Shown here piece by piece: positions 7,912 to 16,422 of a stretch of DNA of 21,346 nucleotides; position 1 is the stretch's first letter, and each line of letters begins with the position of its first letter. Location: assembly GCA_016184305.1 (NCBI GenBank), contig JACPCX010000088.1, positions 1 to 21,346 of the forward strand. Reading direction: 5' to 3'. Position numbers and translations under genes: made by a program. The notes below the pieces were generated by a model. That model saw only the letters and a list, made by a program, of their open reading frames with translations, did not search any database and was not told the origin of the DNA. This DNA is from Candidatus Rokuibacteriota bacterium (GTDB lineage: Bacteria > Methylomirabilota > Methylomirabilia > Rokubacteriales > CSP1-6).

Positions 7912-9006
7912 TCAGCGGATGACTTCTTCGGTTTTCGGGTCGAAGAAGTGGATGCGGTCGGGGACGAAGACGAGCCGGACCTTCTCGTGCGGGCGGGTCC
8001 GGACCATGGGCTCCACGCGCGCCACCACCGACTGCCCGGCCACGGTGGTGTTCAGCAGGATCTCGGCCCCCAGCGGCTCCACCACGTCCACCACCGCGTC
8101 GAAGGCGAAGTCGGGGGACTCGCCGCTCGACCCGACGCGCAGGTCCTCGGGCCTCACGCCGAGCGTGATGGTCTGGCCCTTGTAGGCCGCGAGCTTGCCG
8201 GCCTGCGCCGGTGGCACCTTGGTCTTGAACCCCGGGGCCTCGGCGTAGAGCGCGCCGCCGGTCTCGGCGATCGTGGTCGGGATGAAGTTCATGGCGGGGG
8301 AGCCGATGAAGCCCGCCACGAACCGGGTCTGCGGCTTGCTGTAGATCTCCATGGGCTCGCCCACCTGCTGCACCCAGCCGTCCTTCATGACGACCACCCG
8401 GCTGCCGAGGGTCATGGCCTCCACCTGGTCGTGGGTGACGTAGATGGCGGTCGTCTCGAGACGCTCGTGAAGCCGCTTGAGCTCCACGCGCATCTGCACG
8501 CGGAGCTTGGCGTCGAGATTGGACAGGGGCTCGTCGAACAGGAACACCTGCGGGTGCCGCACGATGGCCCGCCCGACGGCCACGCGCTGCCGCTGGCCGC
8601 CGGAGAGCTGCCGCGGCTTGCGCTTGAGCAGCTCCTGGATGCCGAGGATCTCCGCCGCATCCTGCACGCGCTTGGCGATCTCCGCCTTGGGGAACTTCCG
8701 CATCTTCAGGCCGAAGGCCATGTTGTCGTAGACGCTCATGTGCGGGTAGAGGGCGTAGTTCTGGAACACCATGGCGATGTCGCGGTCCTTGGGCGGCAGG
8801 TCGTTGACGATGCGGTCGCCGATCTGGATCTCGCCCGCGGTGATCTCCTCGAGGCCGGCCACCATCCGGAGCGTCGTGGTCTTGCCGCAGCCCGACGGGC
8901 CCACGAAGACCATGAACTCCTTGTCGCGGATGGTGAGGTTCACGTCCTTGACGGCGTGGACCTCGTCATACTTCTTGTTGAGATCCTTGAGTACGACCTG
9001 GGCCAT
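7912..9006 (-). CDS. ugpC: CUT1-family ABC transporter ATP-binding protein (MalK/UgpC/MsiK-like)
   Basis: GPSGCGKTT, DRDIAMVFQNYALYPHM, LSGGQRQRVA, LFDEPLSNLDAKLR, YVTHDQVEAMT, FVAGFIGSPAMN, and a C-terminal OB domain (LGVRPEDL). The symbol is family-level; the substrate is unknown. Confidence 0.96.
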   Translation of the reverse strand: MAQVVLKDLNKKYDEVHAVKDVNLTIRDKEFMVFVGPSGCGKTTTLRMVAGLEEITAGEIQIGDRIVNDLPPKDRDIAMVFQNYALYPHMSVYDNMAFGLKMRKFPKAEIAKRVQDAAEILGIQELLKRKPRQLSGGQRQRVAVGRAIVRHPQVFLFDEPLSNLDAKLRVQMRVELKRLHERLETTAIYVTHDQVEAMTLGSRVVVMKDGWVQQVGEPMEIYSKPQTRFVAGFIGSPAMNFIPTTIAETGGALYAEAPGFKTKVPPAQAGKLAAYKGQTITLGVRPEDLRVGSSGESPDFAFDAVVDVVEPLGAEILLNTTVAGQSVVARVEPMVRTRPHEKVRLVFVPDRIHFFDPKTEEVIR

Positions 9007-9036
9007 GGATCGGTCTCCTGTGTCGAAGTGCAGGCC

Positions 9037-9891
9037 TCAGCCCTTGGTGCTGCCGGCGGTGAGGCCCGAGATGTAGTAGTCCATCAGGAACACGTAGAGC
9101 AGCACCGGCGGCAGGCAGGCCAGGAGCGCTCCGGCCATGAGCCCTCCCCAGTGGTAGACATCCCCCTTGATCAGGCTCGTCACGGTCCCGGTCGTGAGCA
9201 CCTGCTCGCCGCTCGAGAAGATGAAGGCCAGCGGGTAGAGGAAGCCGGACCACGACACCGTGAACGCGAAGATGGTGGCGGCGATGAGACCCGGCACGGC
9301 CACGGGGAGGAAGATGAGCACGAGCATCTGCAGGTGGCCCGCGCCGTCCACCAGCGCGGCCTCGTCGAGCTCCTTGGGGATCGAGGCGAAGTACCCGATC
9401 AGGAGCCAGGTGCAGAAGGGCACGATCAGCGTCGGGTAGACGAGCACGAGCGACCACTTGGAGTTCAGGAGCCCGAGCGCCCCGATGATCTTGAACAGCG
9501 GGATGAAGAGCAGGGAGTCGGGCACGAGGTAGACGAGGAACACGCCTGTCCCGATCACGCCGGCCCCGGCGAACCCCAGCCGGGACAGCGCGTAGGCCGC
9601 CAGCACGCTGATGACCATCGAGAAGAAGACCACGGGGACCGTCACCAGGACCGAGTTCATGAAGTAGAGCAGGAAGTCGGTCTTGGCGAACAGGTCCCGG
9701 TAGTGCCTGAGGGTCGCGCCGTGCTGGATGATGAGCGGGATGCCCTCCAGGCTCTCGATCTCCTGGTTGGTCTTGAAGGAGGTGATGGCCATCCAGTAGG
9801 GCGGGAACAGGAAGAAGACCACGAAGCCCGCGATGACCCCGTAGCAGACCAGGAGCGTCAGGGCCCGCCGGGCGCGCTTGTTCCGGATCAC
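9037..9891 (-). CDS. CUT1 ABC transporter permease (MalG/UgpE-like)
   Basis: GTG at 9891 overlaps the upstream stop (GTGA). LFPPYWMAITSFK, EAA motif IPKELDEAALVDGA, WGGLMAGALL, ends ISGLTAGSTKG. Confidence 0.93.
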   Translation of the reverse strand: MIRNKRARRALTLLVCYGVIAGFVVFFLFPPYWMAITSFKTNQEIESLEGIPLIIQHGATLRHYRDLFAKTDFLLYFMNSVLVTVPVVFFSMVISVLAAYALSRLGFAGAGVIGTGVFLVYLVPDSLLFIPLFKIIGALGLLNSKWSLVLVYPTLIVPFCTWLLIGYFASIPKELDEAALVDGAGHLQMLVLIFLPVAVPGLIAATIFAFTVSWSGFLYPLAFIFSSGEQVLTTGTVTSLIKGDVYHWGGLMAGALLACLPPVLLYVFLMDYYISGLTAGSTKG

Positions 9892-10826
9892 ACGGTGCTC
9901 CGGCGGATCCCGCGAAGGATGAAGAAGGCCGAGACGGCCAGGATCGGGAACATGAAGAGCGACACGGCGGCTCCCAGCGGCACGTCGCCCGAGGCGATGC
10001 CCAGCTCGAAGGCGTAGGTGCCGAACATGTGCGTCGACTGCCGCGGGCCGCCCCGGGTGAGGACGCGCACGATGTCGAAGGTCGCCAGCGTCACGATGGT
10101 CGAGAAGAGCATCGTGATGGCGATGATGCTCTTGAGCATGGGCAGCGTGATGTGCCGGAGGCGCTGGAGCCCGTTGGCGCCGTCGATGGCCGACGACTCG
10201 AAGAGCTCCGCCGGGATGGACTTGAGCCCCGCCAGATAGGTGATCATGAAGAAGGGGGTGCCGTACCACACGTTGACCAGGATCACGGCGACCTTGGCCC
10301 AGTACGGGTCCGAGAGCCACGGCTTGGGGCTGATGCCGAGGAGCACCAGGAGCCAGTTGAGCGCGCTGTGGGTGGGCTCGTAGATCCACCACCACCCGAG
10401 GCTCGACAGCGCCAGCGGCATGACCCAGGGGATGAGCGACAGGCCGCGCCAGATGCGCTGGCCGCCGGTGGGGACCGTGTGGATGACGAGGGCCAGCGTG
10501 AACCCGAGCACGGCCTTCCAGAACACCGCCAGCCCGGTGAAGACGAACGAGGTCTGGACCACCTGCCAGAACACGTCCCGGGTCATCAGGAAGCGGAAGT
10601 TGTCCAGGCCGATGAAGGCCGTCTCCCGCTTGTTCAGCATGCTGAGGTAGATCGCGTAGAAGAAGGGATAGGCCACCAGCCCGCCGATCAGGGCGACCAG
10701 GGGCAGGCACATGACGATCCCGATGGCCGCCCGAGAACGGAGGCGGCGGCGCCACCGCGCCCGCGCGGGGAGAGCGCGCGCAGGCGCGGCGGCGTCAAGG
10801 GCGGTGCCGTTGGGGCCCATGCGCAA
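9888..10826 (-). CDS. CUT1 ABC transporter permease (MalF/UgpA-like)
   Basis: YPFFYAIYLS, FIGLDNF, EAA-like LKSIPAELFESSAIDGA, LTRGGP. Start at TTG 10826 or ATG 10820. Confidence 0.93.
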   Translation of the reverse strand: MRMGPNGTALDAAAPARALPARARWRRRLRSRAAIGIVMCLPLVALIGGLVAYPFFYAIYLSMLNKRETAFIGLDNFRFLMTRDVFWQVVQTSFVFTGLAVFWKAVLGFTLALVIHTVPTGGQRIWRGLSLIPWVMPLALSSLGWWWIYEPTHSALNWLLVLLGISPKPWLSDPYWAKVAVILVNVWYGTPFFMITYLAGLKSIPAELFESSAIDGANGLQRLRHITLPMLKSIIAITMLFSTIVTLATFDIVRVLTRGGPRQSTHMFGTYAFELGIASGDVPLGAAVSLFMFPILAVSAFFILRGIRRSTV

Positions 10827-10832
10827 TGCGTG

Positions 10833-12179
10833 CTACCCCCGCTTGTAGCCTTCCAGCTCTCCGGCGGCCCACTTGACGGCGTCCTTGGGCTTCGTGCCGC
10901 CGGACGTGACCTTGCCCACCATGGTGGGCAGCAGCCACTTGGAGTAGACCTGGGCCCCGAACTCCGGCTTCGCCGGCCAGCCGGCGACGATGAGCTTCTC
11001 GTCGCCACGGACCGGGTAGTTGTACTGGCCGCCCACGGGTGGGCCGATCTCGTTCCAGACGGGGTGATCCTGGAAGGACATGATCTGCGGGAAGTCGTAG
11101 CCCTGGGAGGCCGTGATGAGCTTCCACTGGGTCTCCCGGTCCGACAGGAACAGCAGCAGATCCTTGGCGACCTTCTTCTCCTTGCTGAACTTCCAGATGC
11201 CCCACGTGAAGGGGAGCGAGCCCCGGTAGCGGCCCTTGGGGCCGCGCGGGACGTCGTGGTGCCAGACCTGGGCCGCGACGGCCGGCTGGTCGCGCTTGGC
11301 CACCGCCCAGGCGCTGGGCGGGTTGAAGATAGTCGAGCCCTTGCCTGAGATCAACCAGCGGTTGTTGGAGGCGTCGTCCCACCCGTAGATGTCCTTCGGC
11401 ATGTGCTGGGTGAGCTCCCGCAGGTACTCGATGACCTCGAGGGTGGCCGGGGAGTCGATGGTGATGTTGCCCTTGTCGTCCATCGGGAAGGAGCCGTGGG
11501 AGGCGAAGAGCGGCCCCAGCCAGTCGTTGGAGTCGGTGTTCTCGGCGATGGAGGCGCCGACGGGGAAGCCGGCGGCATTGACCTTCTTGGCGACGGCGAG
11601 GAAGGCCTTCCAGTCCCAGCCATCCACCTTCTTCTTGTTCCGCTTCTTGACGTCTGCGGGGAAGATGTCCTGGACGTCCACCCCCGCATGCTGCTTGAAG
11701 TAGTCCATCCGCGTCTCGTGCGGGTAGGTGTGGGAGCCGATGGGGGAGGGCAGCGTCACCCACCGCCCGTCCTGCTTGCTCAGGTACGTGGCGTTCTCGT
11801 TGAAGGGGCCGTACTTCTTGATGAGGGCCTCGGCCACGTCACTCATGGGCTCGAGCTTATCCTTGTAGAAGGTGCCGTCCCACGTGGAGAAGGCCATGAT
11901 GTCGTGGCCCGCCCCGGCCCGGGACTCGGCGGCCCCGGTGAGCTGGAGCTTGTTGCCGATGGACGTGATGAAGTCGATGGTGATGTCCACCCGGTTGCCC
12001 CTGCCCCAGTCAGTGACGATGCCCTTCAGGACGTCGTTGGCCCCGGGCACCCAGTGGTCCCACAGCCCGAATGTCAGCTTGGTCTGGGCCCGCGCGACGT
12101 GGGGGAAGCCCATGACCGATGCGGCGGCCGCTCCGGCTGCCGTCGCTTTGAGGAAGTCCCGTCGAGTCCTTGCCTCCAT
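10833..12179 (-). CDS. CUT1 ABC transporter substrate-binding protein with twin-arginine (Tat) signal
   Basis: TRRDFLK Tat motif, cleavage at ARA|Q, AGGAGG RBS, WDDASNNRW motif shared with the paralogue at 17579-18946; first gene of the operon. Confidence 0.92.
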   Translation of the reverse strand: MEARTRRDFLKATAAGAAAASVMGFPHVARAQTKLTFGLWDHWVPGANDVLKGIVTDWGRGNRVDITIDFITSIGNKLQLTGAAESRAGAGHDIMAFSTWDGTFYKDKLEPMSDVAEALIKKYGPFNENATYLSKQDGRWVTLPSPIGSHTYPHETRMDYFKQHAGVDVQDIFPADVKKRNKKKVDGWDWKAFLAVAKKVNAAGFPVGASIAENTDSNDWLGPLFASHGSFPMDDKGNITIDSPATLEVIEYLRELTQHMPKDIYGWDDASNNRWLISGKGSTIFNPPSAWAVAKRDQPAVAAQVWHHDVPRGPKGRYRGSLPFTWGIWKFSKEKKVAKDLLLFLSDRETQWKLITASQGYDFPQIMSFQDHPVWNEIGPPVGGQYNYPVRGDEKLIVAGWPAKPEFGAQVYSKWLLPTMVGKVTSGGTKPKDAVKWAAGELEGYKRG

Positions 12180-12370
12180 GTCAGTCCTCCTGTCGTGGGT
12201 GAACGGTTCGGGCGCGCGAAGACAGGGTCACCGATGACGCGTGGCGGCACTGCGGACCTCGTCGCCGAGGCGATGCTCGGCACGCAGGAGCGAGGGGGGC
12301 TGCCGCCATGGCCGCTCCGAGCGGAGCGCCACAGCCAGCGGCGCCCCGCAGCACCCGGTTCTCGAAGCGG

Positions 12371-12379
12371 ATACTAGCA
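12371..12379 (-). promoter_or_regulatory. Candidate extended -10 promoter for the CUT1 operon at 12179
   Basis: Minus strand TGcTAGTAT. No recognisable -35. Confidence 0.3.
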
Positions 12380-12402
12380 CGACCTCCGCGCCGGCCGCGG
12401 GC

Positions 12403-13725
12403 CTACTTGCCGAAGAGCACCCCGGGCAGCCAGAGGGCCACCTGGGGGAAGAAGAACAGGAGGGCCAGCCCGATCACCTGCAGCACCATGAAGTCGAACA
12501 TCCCCCGGTAGATGTCCCTCAATTCCCACTTGGGGGCCACGGACTTGAGGTAGTAGGCCGCCATGGCCACGGGCGGGGAGAGGAAGGCCGTCTGCAGGTT
12601 CACCGCCACCAGCGTCCCGAACCAGACCAGGTCGAACTTGAGGGCCTGGACCACCGGCAGGAAGATGGGGAGGAAGATGAGGATGATGGCCGGCCACTCG
12701 AGCGGCCAGCCGAGGAGGAAGATGACCACCATCAGGACGGCGAGCATCCCCAGGGGCGGGACAGGCAGCCCCAGCATCGTGTTGGCGAGCCAGGTGCCGG
12801 TGCCGAGCCGGGTGAAGACGGAGCCGTAGACGTTCGAGGCCACGGCGAGGAAGAGCACCATGCTGGAGGTCTGGAGCGTCGAGAAGCACGCCCGCCTCAC
12901 GACCTCCCCGCTGAGCCGTCCGTAGCACGCCGTGAGGACGGCGGCGCCGAAGGCGCCCATGGCCGCCGCCTCGGTGGGCGTGGCCAGGCCGAAGATGATG
13001 CTCCCGAGCGCGGCGAAGATGATGGCCCCGAGCGGGATAATGCCGCTCACGAACTCCGTGATGATCTGCCAGTAGGAGGTGGCGCGGTCCTCCAGGGCCA
13101 GCGGCGGGCCGAGCGCCGGGTTGATGAAGCTCCTGACCATGACGTAGCCGATGTAGAGGCCCGAGAGGAGAATGCCGGGCACGATGGCCGCGGCGAAGAG
13201 GTGGATGACCGACACCCCCAGCACTGGCCCCATGACGACCAGCATGACGCTGGGCGGGATGAGGATGCCGAGCGTTCCCCCGGCGGCGATGGCCCCCGCC
13301 GAGAGCTTGGTGTCGTAGCCCGCCTTGATCATGACCGGCGCCGCCATGAGCCCCATCACCGTGACCGAGGCGCCGATGATGCCAGTGGCCGTGGCGAAGA
13401 TGGTCGCGGTCATGAGGACGCCGAGGTAGAGCGAGCCCCGGACCGGCGCCAGGATGAACTGGAAGGACTTAAAGAGCCGCTCCATGAGCCCGGCCTGCTC
13501 CAGCACGTGGCCCATGAAGATGAAGAGCGGGACGGCCGCCAGCGTCTCCTCCTTCATCATCCCAAGCGCCTGGAAGACCATGAGGTCGAAGACGATCCCG
13601 CCGAAGCCGATGTAGCCGAAGACCAGGGCGAGGATCAGGAGCGTGAAGGCGATGGGGAAGCCGACGAAGATGCCGGCGAGGAGGCAGGCCAGGAGGATCA
13701 GGCCGAGGAACTCGCCGCCCGTCAT
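12403..13725 (-). CDS. dctM: TRAP transporter large permease
   Basis: ATG 13725 overlaps the dctQ stop (ATGA). GFPIAFTL, LAAVPLFIFMG, GAIAAGGTLGILIPPS, GLATPTEAAAMG, NLQTAFLSPP, FPQVALWLP. Confidence 0.95.
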   Translation of the reverse strand: MTGGEFLGLILLACLLAGIFVGFPIAFTLLILALVFGYIGFGGIVFDLMVFQALGMMKEETLAAVPLFIFMGHVLEQAGLMERLFKSFQFILAPVRGSLYLGVLMTATIFATATGIIGASVTVMGLMAAPVMIKAGYDTKLSAGAIAAGGTLGILIPPSVMLVVMGPVLGVSVIHLFAAAIVPGILLSGLYIGYVMVRSFINPALGPPLALEDRATSYWQIITEFVSGIIPLGAIIFAALGSIIFGLATPTEAAAMGAFGAAVLTACYGRLSGEVVRRACFSTLQTSSMVLFLAVASNVYGSVFTRLGTGTWLANTMLGLPVPPLGMLAVLMVVIFLLGWPLEWPAIILIFLPIFLPVVQALKFDLVWFGTLVAVNLQTAFLSPPVAMAAYYLKSVAPKWELRDIYRGMFDFMVLQVIGLALLFFFPQVALWLPGVLFGK

Positions 13726-14249
13726 AGCGGCCTGCCCGTCTTGGCCGCCCACGCGCTCTTGAGGAACTCCGAGACGCCTTGCAGGAGGAGCAGCACCGCC
13801 GCCGCCGGCATAGCCATCTTGAAGGGCCAGAGGATCGGCCGCCAGGGGCTCGCCTCGGAGGTCTCCCCGATGCTGAAGGAGTGCCAGGCGTTGTCCCAGC
13901 CCGCCAGGAGGAAGAAGAACAGGCCCGGGAAGAAGAGGAACAGGTAACAGCAGGCGTCCACCCACCCCTGCCGCCGCGTCGACCAGTGCTCGTAGAAGAA
14001 GTCGGTGCGGATATGGCCCTTGTGGAGCAGCGTGTAGGCCGCCCCCAGCATGAAGTGGCCCCCGTAGAGCATGTAGCCCACGTCATAGGCCCAGGCGGTG
14101 GGAGCGTCGAAGGCGTAGCGGGATATGACCTCGTAGGTGAGGCCCAGCACGAGGGGGATGACGAGCCAGCAGAAGATCCGGCCCGACCACTCGCTGAGGG
14201 TGTCGATGGTTCCGACTATCTTCAGGACAGCGGCAGGAGGCTGTTCCAT
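13722..14249 (-). CDS. dctQ: TRAP transporter small permease
   Basis: Four-TM pattern with YEVISRYAFDAPTAWAYD, LGAAYTLLHKGHIRTD and LLLLQG; GGAGGAG RBS. Confidence 0.94.
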   Translation of the reverse strand: MEQPPAAVLKIVGTIDTLSEWSGRIFCWLVIPLVLGLTYEVISRYAFDAPTAWAYDVGYMLYGGHFMLGAAYTLLHKGHIRTDFFYEHWSTRRQGWVDACCYLFLFFPGLFFFLLAGWDNAWHSFSIGETSEASPWRPILWPFKMAMPAAAVLLLLQGVSEFLKSAWAAKTGRPL

Positions 14250-14286
14250 GCGTCAGATCTCCTCCGTCGAAGCCAGGTGATCGCGC

Positions 14287-14321
14287 GAGGAGGGGCTAGC
14301 CTGGACGGCTAGCCCCTCCTC
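14287..14321. repeat. Perfect 15-bp inverted repeat between dctP and dctQ (intercistronic stem-loop)
   Basis: gaggaggggctagcc (14287-14301) - tggac - ggctagcccctcctc (14307-14321). No U-tract. Confidence 0.8.
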
Positions 14322-14352
14322 CAGAGCGGCCGGGGTCGGGGCGAGGCCTGAG

Positions 14353-15470
14353 CTACTTCTTCTTGACGGGCCAGTAGTGGTCGGCGGCGAAGTCGTAGTT
14401 GGGGAACATGAAGCGCTTGGCCGGCACGACCTTGGAGGCATACGCCTTCTGCGACTCCCACACCTTCTTGAAGAAGGGGTTCTTGTCGCTCTCGGCCTTC
14501 GCGATCTTGTCCCAGGTCCTGAGGAACTCGTAGAGGATGTCGTCGGGCGTCTTGAGGATCTGGACCTTGTGCTTCTCCTCGAGCTCGACCAGGGCGTCGG
14601 CGTTCTGCCGCTGCCACTTCATCCACCAGCGGAAGAAGGTCTCCGTCGCGGCTGACTTGATGATCTCCTGGAGGTCCGGAGCCAGGCTCTTCCAGACGTC
14701 GCCGTTGATGATCAGCTCGCCGATGGTGACGTTCTCGTGCATGCCGGGGGTGTAGTGGTACTTCCAGATGTTGTGGAAGCCCGCCTTGAGGTCCTCGATG
14801 CCGGCGACCCACTCGGCGCAGTCGATGAGGCCCCGCTCCGCGGCCGGCAGGATCTCGCCGCCGGGCATGTTCACCGTGCGCATCCCCATGGCGGTGAAGA
14901 CCTCGGCGGCCATGCCCGTCTGGCGGCACTTCATGCCCTTGAAGTCGGCCAGGTTCTTGATGGGCCGCTTGAACCAGCCGAAGGCCTGCGGGCCGGCCGG
15001 CAGGATGGGGAGGGCCACCACGTTGACCTTGAGGACGTCGCGGTAGAACTCGTTGTAGAGGTCGAGCCCGCCGCCCCCATGGCGTCGATGTAGTCCATGC
15101 CGAAGGTGCCGCCGGGGCCGCCGGTGAAGAGGACCGCGGTCTTGTTCTTGCCCACCCAGTAGGCCGCCCAGGAGTGCCCCCCGTCGAGGACCTTCTTGTG
15201 GACGGCGTCCAGCACCTCGAAGGCCGGCACGATGGCCCCCGCCGGGAGGGTCTCGATCTTGAGCCGGCCGCCGGAGAGCTTGTTGACGCGCTCGGCGAAC
15301 TGCGTGAAGTTGTCGTAGAGCGTCCAGCCGGCCGGCCACGTCGCCTGCATCTTGAGCGTGACCGTCTTCTGGGCCGCGGCGGGCGGTGGGGCAAGCGCGC
15401 CGCCCACGATGAGGGCGGCCGCCAGCAGGGCGACCGCGGTTCCGAAGCCTCGCCATGTCCGTTTGGTCAT
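14353..15470 (-). pseudogene. dctP: TRAP substrate-binding protein (DctP, TakP-like subfamily), frameshifted at about 15076
   Basis: The N-terminal frame has a signal peptide, LKMQATWP, LSGGRLKIETLPAGAIVPAFEVLDAV and AYWVGKN. The C-terminal frame has GGGLDLYNEFY, GWFKRPIKNLADFKGMKCR, PGGEILPAAERGLIDCAEW and YHYTPGMHE. The span of 1118 nt is not a multiple of 3. May be an assembly error. Confidence 0.88.
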
Positions 15471-15530
15471 GTCGGCACCTCCTGGAGACGGGTTGGGTGG
15501 GTCCTGCGGCTGGAAACCGGGTGTGGCCGG

Positions 15531-15559
15531 ATTCTAGGGAGGCGAGAATCCCATGTCAA
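15531..15559 (-). promoter_or_regulatory. Near-consensus sigma70 promoter for dctPQM
   Basis: Minus strand TTGACA (15554-15559), 17-nt spacer, TAGAAT (15531-15536). An AGGAGGT RBS precedes ATG 15470. Confidence 0.8.
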
Positions 15560-15580
15560 GCACGCACTTCGGCCGGCCGG

Positions 15581-16373
15581 CTACCCCTTCACCGAGCCGG
15601 TCAGCCCCGCCACGTAGTACTCCACGAAGAACGAGTACACCAGCGCCACGGGAACCGAGCCCAGGAGGGCCCCCGCCATGAGCTGGCCCCAGAAGTAGAT
15701 GTCGCCCCGGATCAGCTCCGAGACCACGCCCACGGGGACGGTCTTCCGCTCCGGCGAGGAGATGAAGATCAGCGCGTAGATGAACTCGTTCCAGGACAGC
15801 GTGAAGGCGAAGATCCCCGCCGAGAGGATGCCCGGGACGGCGATCGGGAAGATGATGCGGATCATGGCGCCGAAGCGGGTGGCGCCGTCGATGCGGGCGC
15901 ACTCCTCCAGCTCCTTCGGGATGGTCTTGAAGTACCCCATGAGGAGCCAGGTGCAGAACGGGATCAGGAAGGTCGGGTAGGTGAGGATGAGCGCCCAGGG
16001 CGTGTTGCCGAGCTGGAAGGTCCTGATGATGTCGGCCAGGGGGATGAAGAGCAGCGTCGGGGGCACGAGATAGGTCACGAAGATGGCGGTGCCGAGCGTG
16101 CCCGCCATGGGGAAGCGCAGCCGGGCCAGGGCGTAGCCGGCCAGGAGCCCGCAGAAGAGCGAGATCCCCGTGGAGACGCAGGCGATGAGGAAGGTGTTCC
16201 AGAGCCAGCGGGGGAAGGTCGTCCGGGCCAGCAGGTCCTGGAAATGCGCGAGCGTGGGCTGGAGCGTCCAGAAGGGGGTGTTGGTGACGGCCCGCCAGGA
16301 GCGGTACAGCTCGTGGTCCGGTGAGGGGAGCGTAGAAGTACACCCACCGCTTCCAGCGCCGCTCGATGACCAC
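15581..16373 (-). pseudogene. CUT1 ABC permease (MalG-like) with first TM segment missing and a frameshift at about 16322
   Basis: GTG 16373 gives MVIERRWKRWVYFYAPL, then the frame switches to PDHELYRSW...PTLAHF...IPKELEECARIDGA...YYVAGLTGSVKG. The FVVFFLFPPYWMAITSFK segment of the paralogue at 9037-9891 has no counterpart. Confidence 0.85.
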
Positions 16374-16422
16374 CTAGTGCGCCTCGAACGAGTTTCGCCA
16401 GCTCGAAGCGCGCGACCGCACC

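Noticed and set aside
7948..13947. Long plus-strand ORFs (7948-10017, 10029-11348, 11403-12377, 12241-13947)
   Set aside because: They mirror well-supported minus-strand transporter genes and have no RBS or domain evidence.
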